NCBI RefSeq assembly: GCF_001194135.2
Contig: NC_068985.1
Coordinates: forward strand, 46,422,761 to 46,459,369
Source of the DNA: Octopus bimaculoides
Taxonomy: Eukaryota
Direction of reading: 5' to 3'
Length of the DNA stretch: 36,609 bases
Shown: one piece after another, positions 22,407 to 34,754 of the stretch
Layout of the letters: each line of letters opens with the position of its first letter
Position numbering within the stretch: position 1 is the stretch's first letter
Notes under the pieces: model-generated
The model's database searches: none
The model's input: the letters and a program-made list of their open reading frames with translations, nothing else
Told to the model about the DNA's origin: nothing
Position numbers and translations under genes: made by a program

Positions 22407-23603
22407 AAATGAAGATAAACACAAGTTTATGTCATGTGTTATCTATGCATGTTTCACCATTGTAGTTATTGTGTGTGTGTGTGTGTGTGTGTGTGTGCAT
22501 CTATGTATGGTTGTTTATGTTTTCTCTTGGTTAATAGCGAGAAAGAAAATGAAAAACTGAGATAGTAAGGAAAGAAGGCGGGTGTGATACTGTCTCTATA
22601 GTATGCTCTTTTTTTCTTTTATTCCCAGTAATAATAATCTTCAACCTTCTCTTTACTTTATATCTCTGTTTCAATATTTCCATCTGTCTCATTGCAAAAA
22701 AAACCCCAAAACAACAACAAAAAAAAATCAAAAGCACCATACTGAATATACTACACCCTCCACTATGGCTTAGCTACTAGGATTCTGTCTCCAATTATTA
22801 CAACTATAACCACCACTGCCACCACCACCACCACTGCTAGTCACTTTAATATGTAGTCTGTCAGCATCGCCGTAACTTTATCAATAACTCTTTCTCCTTC
22901 CCCCTCCCATCAATGCATTCTACTTGTACCATCTATATCAACCTGAACCCCCTCCACACCTAAACTATGTTTTAGTTTTGGAATTATGAAGAACATCCAA
23001 TGATGAAGCCTATATAAATAAACACTCCAGTTCTGACTAATAAACATAAGACTTGTCTTAATTGATGCAAGAATTAGCAGGGGCAAGTGGTGGTGGTGGG
23101 GGGGGGTAGGTCATGAGGTTTGAGAGTAAGCAAAATAGATGCTGAAAATGGAAGGATACAGGTGTGTGGGGTGGAGTGAGGATGGGGCAGATGTTGAAGA
23201 GGGAAAAGATAGAGATGTTAATGGATTGGGGGGTAGTGCAGTTATTATTTATATAAACCCCCTTTTTTTTGTTTTTGTTTTGTTTAAAGCTATTTCTTTA
23301 GTGTGTGTTGCAGTTGTCACAGTTATTACTGTACTTGGTTGTCATGGTTGTGGTAGTAGTTGTGGTTTTTGTCATTGTTGCTGGTACCCCTACTGCCACC
23401 ACCACCACCACTAGCTGCAATGACACCAACATTGTTGTTTTTGTTGTTTGGAAACCTACAGAGCTTTCTGAGATTTTGCACTCAATGAATTTTCAAAAAC
23501 AGAGGGGGGGGGGAAAATGGAACAAAGATTACAGTAAATTTAAATAGAAATAAAACAAATTAAATATTACCAGAGAAGCAAGCAGTATTAAACTTAAAAT
23601 TTA

Positions 23604-23640
<37 letters not shown>

Positions 23641-24413
23641 CAATAAAAGTATTGCTACTACTTAGCACTACCACCATTACCACAACACATATATTCAATA
23701 TTGTTACCAGTGACTTTACTTACATCCTCATACCATCCACCACATCCACTATTTCTAATTCAACTTCAACCAATATGAAGACCACTTACTATTGTCACCA
23801 CCACCACCATTACCACTGTACATCACCATCAGTATTTTTACTGTCTCTACTACTGCTGCTGCTGCTGCTATATTCAATATAAATGTCCAGTACATGATAT
23901 GCCTAAGAGCAAACAGGAAGGAGAACAAAACAAGTAAATTAGAAGTAAAAAAAAAAAAAAAGAAGTTATTTGTTTATGATGATTGTTGTGCAAGAAAAGA
24001 AAATTAAATTGAAAAAAGAAAACTAAAATCAACAAGAAGCACAACGTAAGAAGCAGACGAAGTAACATAGAGATTAATAATAGACAGACACATAAGTATA
24101 AATAATTATTTACAGTATGTTGATAAATATATTGAGTGTCTGGCTAAATGAAATTGCTGTCCTCTTATCAGTGTGCTTGTTCTTCAGTTGCATAGGCTTA
24201 AAACGAACCAATACCAAACCAATGATGAGTTGTCTTTCGGCTTTTCTCCATATCGTACTCCCTACATGCAGTGTGATGTGAGGAATATAGAATGGTGCAA
24301 ATAGTATTGAAGAAAAACTTTTATGGTACTCATGTCGCCTGGTCTTGCAAAATATTTCCTTATCTCACTTTCTATGTGTGTATGTTCACCTATGTGTGTG
24401 TGTTTTCTATACA

Positions 24414-24480
<67 letters not shown>

Positions 24481-24490
24481 CATAAACGTT

Positions 24491-24642
24491 GCTGTATGGT
24501 AAGAAGTTTGCTTCCTAAGCACATGGTTCTTGGTTCAGTCCCACTGCATGGCACTTTGGGCAAGTGTCTTCTACTAAAGCCTCTGACTGAACAAAGCCTT
24601 GTGAGTGTATTTGGTGGACAAAAACTAAAAGAAGCCTGCCAT

Positions 24643-24694
<52 letters not shown>

Positions 24695-24925
24695 GAGAAT
24701 GTATGTGTGTGTCTTTGTGTCTGTATTTGTCTCCCCACACCCACCACTTGACAATTGATGCTGGTGTGTCTATGTCCCCATAAATTAGTAGTTCGCCAAA
24801 GTTACAAATAGAATATGTACCGGGTTTAAAAAAATAAATACTAGGGTTGAATCATTCGACTAAAAATTTCTTCAAGATGGTACCCCAGCATGACTGCAGT
24901 CTAATGACTGAAACAAGTACAAGAT
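24491..24925 (+). mobile_element. SINE family A, near full-length
   Basis: gctgtatggtaagaagtttgc...ggttcagtcccactgcatggcac...internal (TA)n...atgactgaaacaagt. Confidence 0.85.
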
Positions 24926-25479
24926 TAAAAAAAAAAGGATTAAAGATAGCTGAACACACACACACATGCACATGCATCATGGCCATTATCATCATCATCA
25001 TTCTACTCCTTTAGCATATCAGATGTGTGGAGGCTGAAATTTTGGGTGAGTGTTCAGCATGCTCCGAGAGAATGAGGTACTTCTAATACATTAAAACATA
25101 TACTAAGAGACAGTTACTTTGAGATAAACCTGTTGATTCCTATATCTCCAAATGATTTTCTCCTCTTCAATTCTGCAATGTCAAAATTTCAGGGAGAATG
25201 TCTGAACCGTGTATCTATCTGTTTTTGGTTCCGTTATTGATTTACACAGTGGAGTTTATTTGAATGATACTGCAGTCTGTCATAATAATTTCATAAGTTA
25301 TGAGACATATGTTTTTGTTGGGCTTTTTTATTTTTTGTCTCTTTATTGTTTAGTATTTGTATTTATTAACTATCAAAGCATTGTCTCTTCGTTGTGAAGT
25401 AAGAAAGGTATCCAATTAAATACAAACAGTTAATGAGAGAATCTTTAACTCTTTAATCCTGTGAGTTTATGGCTTAATG

Positions 25480-25845
25480 GCAATTGAAACTTTCTGTCAG
25501 TTGTTTGTTGGGTGTTTTTAAGGCAGCAGACAAGATTTAAAAGATATAATGCGAGGGCTGTGCAAGCTGGGTTTGGTGATAAATTTAGGGTGCTGGTGAG
25601 AGTACATAAGTTCTCAGCCCCCTCCTATTTATTTTAGTCCTCCAAGCCATAACAGGGAATTTAAAATTTGTTGCCCCTGGCAACTCCTATTTGCTGATGA
25701 CTTTGTTCTTGTAGCAGTATGTATGGTAGAATCAAAGTTGAATTTCCCAAAATGGAAGCAAAATCTGGAATAGAAGAGCCTTAACGTAAACTTCATGAAA
25801 GGAAAAACTTTTGGTAAGTAGGAAATAAGACAAGACCCCTATAGC
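25480..25845 (+). mobile_element. RTE-clade LINE reverse transcriptase remnant
   Basis: KFRVLVRVH..(frameshift)..LLFILVLQAIT..(frameshift)..CPWQLLFADDFVLVA...KWKQNLE*KSLNVN, with FADD at 25690-25701. This matches the RTE pattern VGVHQG-SPLLF-PWELLYADDL-W-GLxVN. Confidence 0.8.
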
Positions 25846-26240
25846 AACACTTTTCCCTTTGTCATTGACCCTTCTGTCACTGTTCCCTCATTCTCCCTGT
25901 TATCATCATCTCACAACAATAAATCTGTTCCCTCAATCATAGAGGCATTGTTCTGCTTTGCAAGGTATTCCCCACCAGTGTTGATGTCATGAAAAACACT
26001 CAGAACTCTCTGTAAGTAATTGGTAATTGACTCGAACAATGACAGTGCAAGACTTGAGAGGGGTCTTTAATCTTAACAATGGTAAGGGAACCTCTATAGT
26101 GTTGGTGCCCCTTCCCCCAGACTCAGCAACTAAAAACACTAAATTAAAACAAGCCTTATATTCTGAATCAATAACAGAGCTTTTATATCGTTAGATTCTA
26201 TTATATATGGCTAAAACACTTAACTTTTAATGACAGTCTA

Positions 26241-26666
26241 CCTAGGTACTCTTAACAGCAAAATAAAATTTATTCGTTGATTTTGGTTTAACACTACTGC
26301 CACACTGTCTCAGGTGTATTTAGTGAAATCCACTCTGTTACAAGCATTCAGGCAAAGTCTGATCTGGGCATAATTTCCTTCCTTCCAAGCCATCAGGTTC
26401 TGCAAAAGGTTCATGGACGCTACTCAGATCTCAGTAGTCTCATCTTCGTATCTCAGTATACCATGATACTTATGAGTGTGAAAGAGGTTCTTGATTTTAA
26501 GAAGCGAATTCATTTCTAACACTCTCTCTGCTAACAATTTATCAAATTTGATAAGTTTCTCAGCTAGACAGCTCATACTTAAGGAAAACATTGAAAGAAG
26601 AAATGTTTCCGAGATCTTTAAAAGCATTTTGTTATCTTGAAAAATTGGAAATTTGCAATTCTCTAA
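26241..26666 (-). pseudogene. Decayed reading frame of unknown origin
   Basis: 142 codons with only two internal TGA stops (26424, 26310). The coding strand is ambiguous because the in-register plus frame is also open for about 75 codons. Confidence 0.3.
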
Positions 26667-27752
26667 TCAATAATGCATTATGCACCTTATTAATATTTTG
26701 TTTCTTTCTTCTGCCTTAATTCTTTGTAAGATCTTAATCATGTTTCCTGATATCTTCTATTATTATTTGTTAGTACATTTCATTATCACTATGGGGAAAT
26801 CAGTAACCAATTTTGTTTACAAATGCTGCCTTAGCCAGCAGCTAATACAAACCTCCAGTTCTAAGTGATCAACATACACACATGACATTTGCAACCATCA
26901 TGTGATGAAACTAAAGATTTGTAATAAGTGTTATTAGATTCCCTTGTTACTTATTAGCTTTCAATATAAAAGCTATTATTTTCTTTGAATAAATCTTTAG
27001 ATTCAACCCAGTCAAGAACATAATTATTATTTTCTTTTTTCTCATTTTGCTGAAATCATTTTCACCAGGCTTTAAGACTCTTACATGGCATTGTACTCTG
27101 GGGCCATTCCACTTCTAATAAGATACTTCACATTGTTTGCCTAATGTTTCTGCTTGTTTTTTTCTTTATGTGATTGCATTCTGCATTTACACTTAAATAC
27201 ATGAATACATTCATAAATGCATACATCCATATAAATACTCATAAATATAGATGTTTATGTGCCATTGTGTATGTGGCTGTATGAGTGTGTATGTGAATAC
27301 ACACACACACACACATCTCAACACACTTGGGTCTCTGTGTCTGTATGAAATGTTATCAAATCATTTCCTATCTAATCTGTCTGTCTTTATTTTACCACTG
27401 TATTCCATTCTCAAAGTTATTGTCTTAGATTGTTATGGTTTTTATTCACTTTGCCTACATTTTTATTCCCCATCTTTCCTATCTAAATCTATTCACTTTT
27501 CTCAACAAGTAAAAGAGATGAATTTACCGCTATTAGGAGGCCAGAGATATTCATGTCTGTCAGATACATTAATGTTTTTATCAGTAGTCGATTAAGGATG
27601 GCATTTTCCCTCCACCTAGATCTCCCTTCATATTTTCTGTTTAGATTCCTTTCTCTCTACCGCTTTTTTTTTTTTTCCTGTGTCTGTGTATGTATTTACA
27701 TGCTATATAAATACATGCACAGATAATTATTTTATATATATATATATATATG

Positions 27753-27783
<31 letters not shown>

Positions 27784-27941
27784 NNNNNNNNNNNNNNNNN
27801 NNNNNNNNNNNNNNNNNNNNNNNNNNNNNNNNNNNNNNNNNNNNNNNNNNNNNNNNNNNNNNNNNNNNNNNNNNNNNNNNNNNNNNNNNNNNNNNNNNNN
27901 NNNNNNNNNNNNNNNNNNNNNNNNNNNNNNNNNNNNNNNNN

Positions 27942-28048
27942 GGAGCCTGGTGTTGCCATCCGGTTTCACCAGTCCTCAGTCAAATCGTCCAACCCATGCT
28001 AGCATGGAAAGCGGACGTTAAACGATGATGATGATGATGATGATGATA
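27942..28048 (+). mobile_element. Family D 3' end emerging from a gap
   Basis: ggagcctggtgttgccatccggtttcaccagtcctcagtcaaatcgtccaacccatgctagcatggaaagcggacgttaaac(gat)n. Confidence 0.9.
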
Positions 28049-28483
28049 TACATACATTCACACACAAACACATGTATCACTATTAGTGTTAGCATAATTT
28101 TTTTGTTTGTTTCTATATTTATTTTTCTATACTCATGTTGCTTGCATAATTTAGATGAATGCGTTATTGAGAGATGCCCTCCCTGTTGTTAACCCTTACC
28201 TGTTTTTCTTGTAAGGGATTCTTTTTTTTTTTTCATATTTAATATGTCCTTGAATGTGTGAAATCAGCGGGTGATCTGCTGACTGAAGAAGTGACAACAA
28301 CAATATTGTTTGCAGCAAGCAACTTTCATAGATCCCCGAATGTAAGCAAACACACTGATACACACATGCACATGCATATATTCATATGCATACTCAAGGC
28401 AGTACCCCAGCATGGTCTCAGTCCAATAACTGGAACGAGTATGGAAGGTACATGATGCATACATATGCATGCACACATTTAGT

Positions 28484-28640
28484 GGGCTTCTTTCAGTTTC
28501 CATCTTCCAAATTTATTCTCATGACTTTTGTTGGTTTGGAGCTATAATAAAACATGGTTGCTCAAAGTGCCATGCAGTGGGAATGGACTAAGCTCCAAAT
28601 CATATGGTTATGAAGTGAACTTCTGAGCCTCACAATCATA
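28484..28640 (-). mobile_element. SINE family A 5' half, degenerate
   Basis: gggcttctttcagtttccatcttccaaat...aaagtgccatgcagtggg. Confidence 0.6.
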
Positions 28641-28698
28641 TGTGTACCTATTTTCTAATGCTAAAAGGGCTTAAAAATATAAAGTATGAAAAAAGTTA

Positions 28699-29285
28699 CC
28701 CTTTAACATTCAGATTATTCTGTTAAATACTCTCTTTACTTGTTTCAGTCATTTGACTGCGGCCATGCTGGAGCACTGCCTTTAGTCGAGCAAATCTACC
28801 CCAAGACTTATTCTTTGGAAGCCTAGTACTTATTCTATCGCTCTCTTTTGCCAAACCGCTAAGTTATGGGGACATAAACACACCAGCATCGGTTGTCAAG
28901 CGATGTTGGGGGGACAAACACAGACACACATACATATACATATATATACATACATATATATGACTGGCTTCTTTCAGTTTCCGTCTACCAAGTCCACTCA
29001 CAAGGCTTTGGTTGGCCCTAGGCTATAGTAGAAGACACTTGCCCAAGGTGCCACGCAGTGGGACTGAACCCAGAACCATGTGGCTGGTAAGCAAGCTACT
29101 TACCACACAGCCACTCGTTCATATTTATTCACTTTGTTTTGAACTAATCATTCATTATCTCATAGCTTTGAGATTTTACTTTTATTATGACGTTGGGTAG
29201 ATGTGGGAGTCCAGATTTGGCCAGTTGGAACATGAAACAAGTAGACTATTTTGGCCGAATTGTAGTAGGTTTAAATGCTAATTGT
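28699..29285 (-). mobile_element. piggyBac-like MITE A (minus strand), interrupted by a SINE
   Basis: ccctttaacattcagattattctgttaaat (28699-28728), then after the SINE tatttattc...catagctttgagattt...ccagatttggccagttggaacat...ggtttaaatgcta. Confidence 0.7.
28728..29116 (-). mobile_element. SINE family A, full-length, low divergence
   Basis: Reverse complement of the 18811 copy, from tactctctttacttgtttcagtcatttgac to gctacttaccacacagccactc. Confidence 0.9.
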
Positions 29286-29795
29286 AGCAGGTTTAAAGTA
29301 ACTGCTTATTTAAATGTGAAAGAAACAACCTTGCAATGCTACACCACCACTCTAGTTATGGATAACACAAGCTAAATTACAAGAAAAAAGTTTGATCTCA
29401 TAATCTCTGATCTATCACGTCAGTCACAGACAGATTCACATCATTGAGGCAAAAGAAAGCAAACTTGCATTCTATAGCTTAACACTCTATAAAACTTAAG
29501 TTATATTGAATTACTGCTAACAGAATTGGTACTGTGTTGTTGCACACAAACACACATATGTTAGATTGAGTCCAGTAAAAGACCATTGAGGCTGATTTCC
29601 AAATATTCACTCATCAACACAGGTTAACCACTAATCCACTGACATATTGTTTCTTTTCTCTGATTCTTGTACTATGACTATAATGGCTTCTGTTCCTCTG
29701 ATCTAGAAAGCTTCATAACTAACCCGACTGTCTTATATTGTTTCAATCTTGTTATTGTTCAGTTCCCTCTTGCTTTCAACTCACACAAGGTTTTT

Positions 29796-30120
29796 GTGCA
29801 AATATAAAAGACACCATTTCGAGCGAGATTGTTGCCAGTGCCCCTGGACTGGCTCTTGTGCGGGTGGCACATAAAAGACACCATTTTCGAGCGTGGCCGT
29901 TGCCAGTACCGCCTGACTGGCCTTTGTGCGGGTGACACGTAAAAGCACCCACTACACTCTCTGAGTGGTTGGCGTTAGGAAGGGCATCCAGCTGTAGAAA
30001 CTCTGCCAAATTAGATTGGAGCCTGGTGTTGCCATCCAGTTTCACCAGTCCTCAGTCAAATCGTCCAACTCTTGCTAGCATGGAAAGCGGACGTTAAACG
30101 ATGATGATGATGATGATGAT
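29796..30120 (+). mobile_element. Family D retroposon with two internal tandem units and a (GAT)n tail
   Basis: Two units of roughly 65-70 bp (taaaagacaccattt(t)cgagcg...gccagt...gactggc), followed by the conserved 3' body. Confidence 0.9.
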
Positions 30121-30433
30121 GGTGCCTGAAAATCAGCCACATTAACATTGCTTGTCTGGGAGCGGCTGCTAAAGAATGTGGGTTCTCTTCTCCTCTCTTC
30201 ATTAAATATCATGATGATAAGGTGGTTTATTACATACACACAACACCACACATTTTGGGCTATGGGTGTATGTAGTGAAATCAACTCAAAGCTTGTCTGG
30301 TATTTTTTTTCAACAACTCTGACCTTGTTAAGAATTAAACATAACTAAATATCACAAATAATTTGTTTAGTATTCACTCTATTGACTTCATCCATTTCCC
30401 TTGAATATAAAGATTATGTTAAAAATAATAATA

Positions 30434-30604
30434 GGTGTAGGAGTGGCTGTGTGGTAAGTAGCTTGCTTACAAACCACATAGTTCTGGGTACAGTCCCACT
30501 GTGTGGCACCTTGGGCAAGTGTCTTCTACTATAGCCTCTGGCCGACCAAAGCCTTGTGAGTGGATTTGGTAGACGGAAACTGAAAGAAGCCCGTCATATA
30601 TATG

Positions 30605-30643
<39 letters not shown>

Positions 30644-30828
30644 TTGTGTGTCTGTGTTTGTCCCCCCCAACATCGCTTGACAACCGATGCTGGTGTGTTT
30701 ACATCCCCATAATTTAGCGGTTCTGCAAAAGAGACCGAAAGAATAAGTACTAGGCTTAAAAAGAATAAGTCCTGGGTTCGATTTGCTCGACTAAAGGCAG
30801 TGCTCCAGCATGGACACAGTCAAATGAC
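30434..30828 (+). mobile_element. SINE family A, near full-length (tail missing)
   Basis: ggagtggctgtgtggtaagtagcttgc...cagtcaaatgac, then an abrupt junction. Confidence 0.9.
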
Positions 30829-30830
30829 GG

Positions 30831-30975
30831 TTTAGGTTCAGGGCTAGCAATTTTGTGGGGTTAAGGTTAGTCAGTGCCATCAACCCCAGTTCTTGACTGG
30901 TACTCTATTTTATCAACTTTGAAAGGATGAAAGACAGAGTTGATCTCATTGGGCTTTGAACTCAGAAAATAAAGA
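30831..30975 (-). mobile_element. SINE family B 3' half
   Basis: The reverse complement reads ctgagttcaaagccc...tttcatcctttc...taccagtcaagaactggggttgatg...caaaattgctagccctgaacc. Confidence 0.7.
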
Positions 30976-31286
30976 GCAAGAGATGGTGGTAGTGGATTTT
31001 GTCTGTAGTAAGCAGCCAATGTCAAACTATTTTCGTGAACAGAAATTTAAAAATACCGTATAATTTAACATAGGTACCTTGGTGTAAGTGATTGTTGTCC
31101 TCCACTACTACCATGACTACCAACAACAAAAAAACAGCCTTTAGTTTTCTGTTTTTCCTTTTTTCTCTTGTTTGTTCTTTCTCTTGTTACTTCCCTTAAG
31201 CATTATGCAAAAGATAGGTAGGAATTGGTATTGTATTAATATATAGATTAATATATTGTGTCATTTAGTGGAAGGCATGCTAAACA

Positions 31287-31326
<40 letters not shown>

Positions 31327-31779
31327 TTGAATTGTGTAACATTGCTAAGGCCAAAATTCACATTTTTATTCTCTGCAGAAACTTTTTCTTGTCTCATTGT
31401 TGTTATAGATTTTAGTGATAAACCAAAAATAGCCATTATGTTTTATGTTCCTTTAAAAAAAGCTCCATTTTTCTGATACTGAAAAAAATGTATTTATGTT
31501 GTGGTTGTTGCCAAATTTTTTGTCATGCAAGAAAGGAATTCTTCACTTTGCCATTAAGTATGGTGGTCAGTTGTCTGCTTGTTGGATAGTTTCAGCCTTT
31601 TACCAATCTTCACCAACCTTCACTACTCTTCCGTTGCTAGCATCACCTCAGTTTGTAACCAATGTTATGTTCCACTGTTCTAACACTTTCTGAAACACTG
31701 TTTCTCGACAGTGACAAAATAAACACTTAGAATGGTATCTTCAATAATCCTAACTACGAATACATATTGATTTCAGTAT

Positions 31780-31930
31780 TAGGTAGGCGTTGAACTGCAG
31801 ACTTGTTAGCATGCTGGGTGAAATACTTAGTGGTATTTCGTCTGTCTTTATGTCCTGAGTTCAAAGCCTGCCAAGGTTGGCTTTGCTTTTCATCCTTTTA
31901 GGGTTGATGTAATTGACTTAACTACTCCTG
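31780..31930 (+). mobile_element. SINE family B, 3'-truncated
   Basis: gttagcatgctgggtgaaatacttagtggtatttcg...ctgagttcaaagcc...tttcatccttttaggg. Confidence 0.75.
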
Positions 31931-33070
31931 AGTAAGAGTATAAAAAGCTGTGTTCCTCTACCTAACCATATCGAGATAGTGTCGCAGAATAGGCTCATCT
32001 AACCTGTATGATCTCAAGCTCAATATCACAGCCTCCACATCAGACCATGGTTGGTGGAAAGAACATGCTGAAACCTTTGCCTTGGCATTCCAATCCAATG
32101 ACTATTATGTATGCCTGTAATTATCTGCATCAATAAGCATGTGCTCACACACACATACACAGTCAGCAGTTACTCAGAATATTAACATCATCTCCGTCAT
32201 CATCTTTATGTCTGCTTTCTATGCTAGCATGAGTTGAATGGGTTATCACAGTTGAAGCCATTTCTTATTGGGAGTTGTTGTTCCCTTTTAATGATGCTTA
32301 TAAATGTCATTTGATTTTATGGCTGTGTGTACCTTTCCTATTGCCAAGCATTTTACAGAGTCAATATTGCATGCATTTTCTTATGGCTCCAATACTAGAA
32401 AGGTTGAAAGTTGATTTAAAATTATTTAAAATTTACTTCATTAAACTCCCCTACACTTTACTCCAGCGTTGAACCCCTCATTTCACTCACTTGTCCATGT
32501 AACTTTGGTTAATAATCTAAATTGGGATATGGAGTTGCATTCAATTTTTTGAATAAGTACTCAATACTCAAATGTTTGTTAACAGTTTCTATTTGATTTT
32601 CTTCTATAATTGATTTTGTACATTAGTTCCCACTTTATTTATTTAAGCCTGATATTCTATAGACACAGTGTAACTTCAGGAATATCTTCAATAACTGATG
32701 AGTCATAGAACCACAACCTGACATACTCCTCTCTCTCTCTTCTTTTCTCTCCCTACTCCCCTTTCTCCTCTTTATGTTCATATGTATCTCTCTAAGCAGA
32801 CCTCTCTTTTGAGACTAAACACTCTCTTTGATTCCTAAATTCATATTTGCTGTCTTACATTCAGCCAGAACTATAAATCAAAATCCTTTTTTTTTTTTGC
32901 ATATTTTATTCTAAGGTCACCCATTGCCCCCTATTCTTCAGAAAATCTTAAATTCACACATTTGTCAAGCTAACTTTGACTGGCCCTTCATTATTTATCA
33001 CATGGCTAATTTTCTTCTTTTTTTTTTTTAATTTCTCTCTAGTGTGTTTATGTACTGTGTGCTTATATAA

Positions 33071-33108
<38 letters not shown>

Positions 33109-33401
33109 TTCAAACTTATGTATGCCTCAGTTATCTGAACAGCCATTTAAAAATGAAAAGCTAACATTAACAACAAATACATATAGGAATAAAACTTAAG
33201 ACATTTGGATCCTAGCAGAGTTGCCCCACCCCTGCTCACTCTGTGAGTGAATGAGTGTGTGTGTGTGTGTGTATCTAGTATAAATGCTAGGTGTGGTGTT
33301 GCTTAGAGATTGAGAGTAGTTGATGTGAATAAGTTCACATGGTACTTATTATTTTGGGTTCCACTAAAACCTTTGAATGTATGGATGTATCATAATCTAT
33401 T

Positions 33402-33434
<33 letters not shown>

Positions 33435-33955
33435 CATTTCCAAATTATTAAGTTCTGTTTCTTCTTGATCCATGTATTCTATTATTGTAATAGCTCTGTG
33501 CATGCACACACTCACGCGCATCCACACACACACTGTCTCTCACTCCCCCCTCTCTCTTTTCTCAACATTGAAAGGATCTCCAGGAAAAAAGACTGAGATG
33601 TTTCTTTATACCATAGAAGGAAACATTCTCAGCTAAGTAACAAACTGTAAGCTTTTTTACTGCATCAAATCCACCAGTGAGTCAAGTCAAGTATAGACCC
33701 TTCAGGGGGAATATAAGGGAGGGATTTTGATATTCCTGTGTAGCTATCATGACTATGAAACTTATATGGAGTAGTTTGGCTGGGAGACATCATTAATTTT
33801 GTTTCATTAGCCAAAGTTATTTTTTAGGTCAAAGGTTGTGGCATGCAAAGTTCTTTTCAGTTTTCTATTTTTTCTTTTTTTTTTCTCTCTTTGTAATGTA
33901 TAAAATATCAACTCTAATTCATTTGATACATGTATATAAAGGCATCTTCATATAC

Positions 33956-33988
<33 letters not shown>

Positions 33989-34031
33989 AACAAGAAGTGA
34001 ACAGCTTGCCCTTACAGCCATACATACGCTT

Positions 34032-34269
34032 AAAGATTTTATATTGAAGCTGAAACTTTACCACTACTTTCAAGTTTCTGATCCTCAAGCAATTTCTGAC
34101 ACACACTTACTTGTGTGGGTAGATAGATACAGGATTCATTTATATGCTTGTGTTTGAATTTTTTTTTTTTTTTTTTTTTTTTTATATGTCTGTAATGTAT
34201 GTATGAAATTGCTTGAAGATCAGAAACTTGAAAGCAGTAGTAAAGTTTCAACTTCAAAATAAAATCTTT
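34032..34269. repeat. Inverted repeat: 65-bp arms (60/65 matched), 108-nt spacer
   Basis: 34032-34096 is the reverse complement of 34205-34269 with 5 mismatches. Confidence 0.9.
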
Positions 34270-34284
34270 GGGTGTATGTAATTG

Positions 34285-34515
34285 AAACTCATGGTTCAAT
34301 TCCACTGTACAGTACCAAGGCCAAATGTCTTCCACTGTAGCCTTGGGTCCACCGATACTTTGTGAGTGGAGTACATGTGTGTTTTAGTTGTGTTCCTTTA
34401 TGTCACTTAACTTAGCAGTTTGACAATCAAATGCCAATAAAAACAGGTACTAGATTAAAATATGTTCTAGAGTTGTTATGATTCACTAAATGTTAGACGG
34501 TGGTGTCCCAGAAAC
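34285..34515 (+). mobile_element. SINE family A, old and degenerate
   Basis: ggttcaattccactg...gtcttccactgtagccttggg...tgtgagtgga...aacttagcagttt...ggtgtcccag. Confidence 0.6.
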
Positions 34516-34520
34516 TCTTT

Positions 34521-34563
<43 letters not shown>

Positions 34564-34569
34564 ACACTG

Positions 34570-34754
34570 ACGCATGGGTGTGTAGTTAAGAAGTTCGCTT
34601 TCCAATCGTAGTTTCATGTTTAGCCTTACTTGTGAGTTGATTTGGGAGACAGAAACTGAAAGAATTCCATCATATATGTATGTATGTATGTGTGTAAAAC
34701 CGTCCAACCCATGCTACCATGGAAAACAGACGATAAACGATGAGGATGATGATG
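34570..34754 (+). mobile_element. Partial SINE A head joined to a family D 3' end (34699-34754)
   Basis: tgtgtagttaagaagttcgcttt...gacagaaactgaaagaa, a microsatellite, then cgtccaacccatgctaccatggaaaacagacgataaac(gat)n. Confidence 0.6.

Noticed and set aside
26081-26170. Plus-frame GKGTSI...KQALYS resembling GRGTAI...RIAIYS at about 4010-4105
   Set aside because: Very short, followed by many stops, and on the opposite strand to the better-supported frame of that region. Treated as chance.
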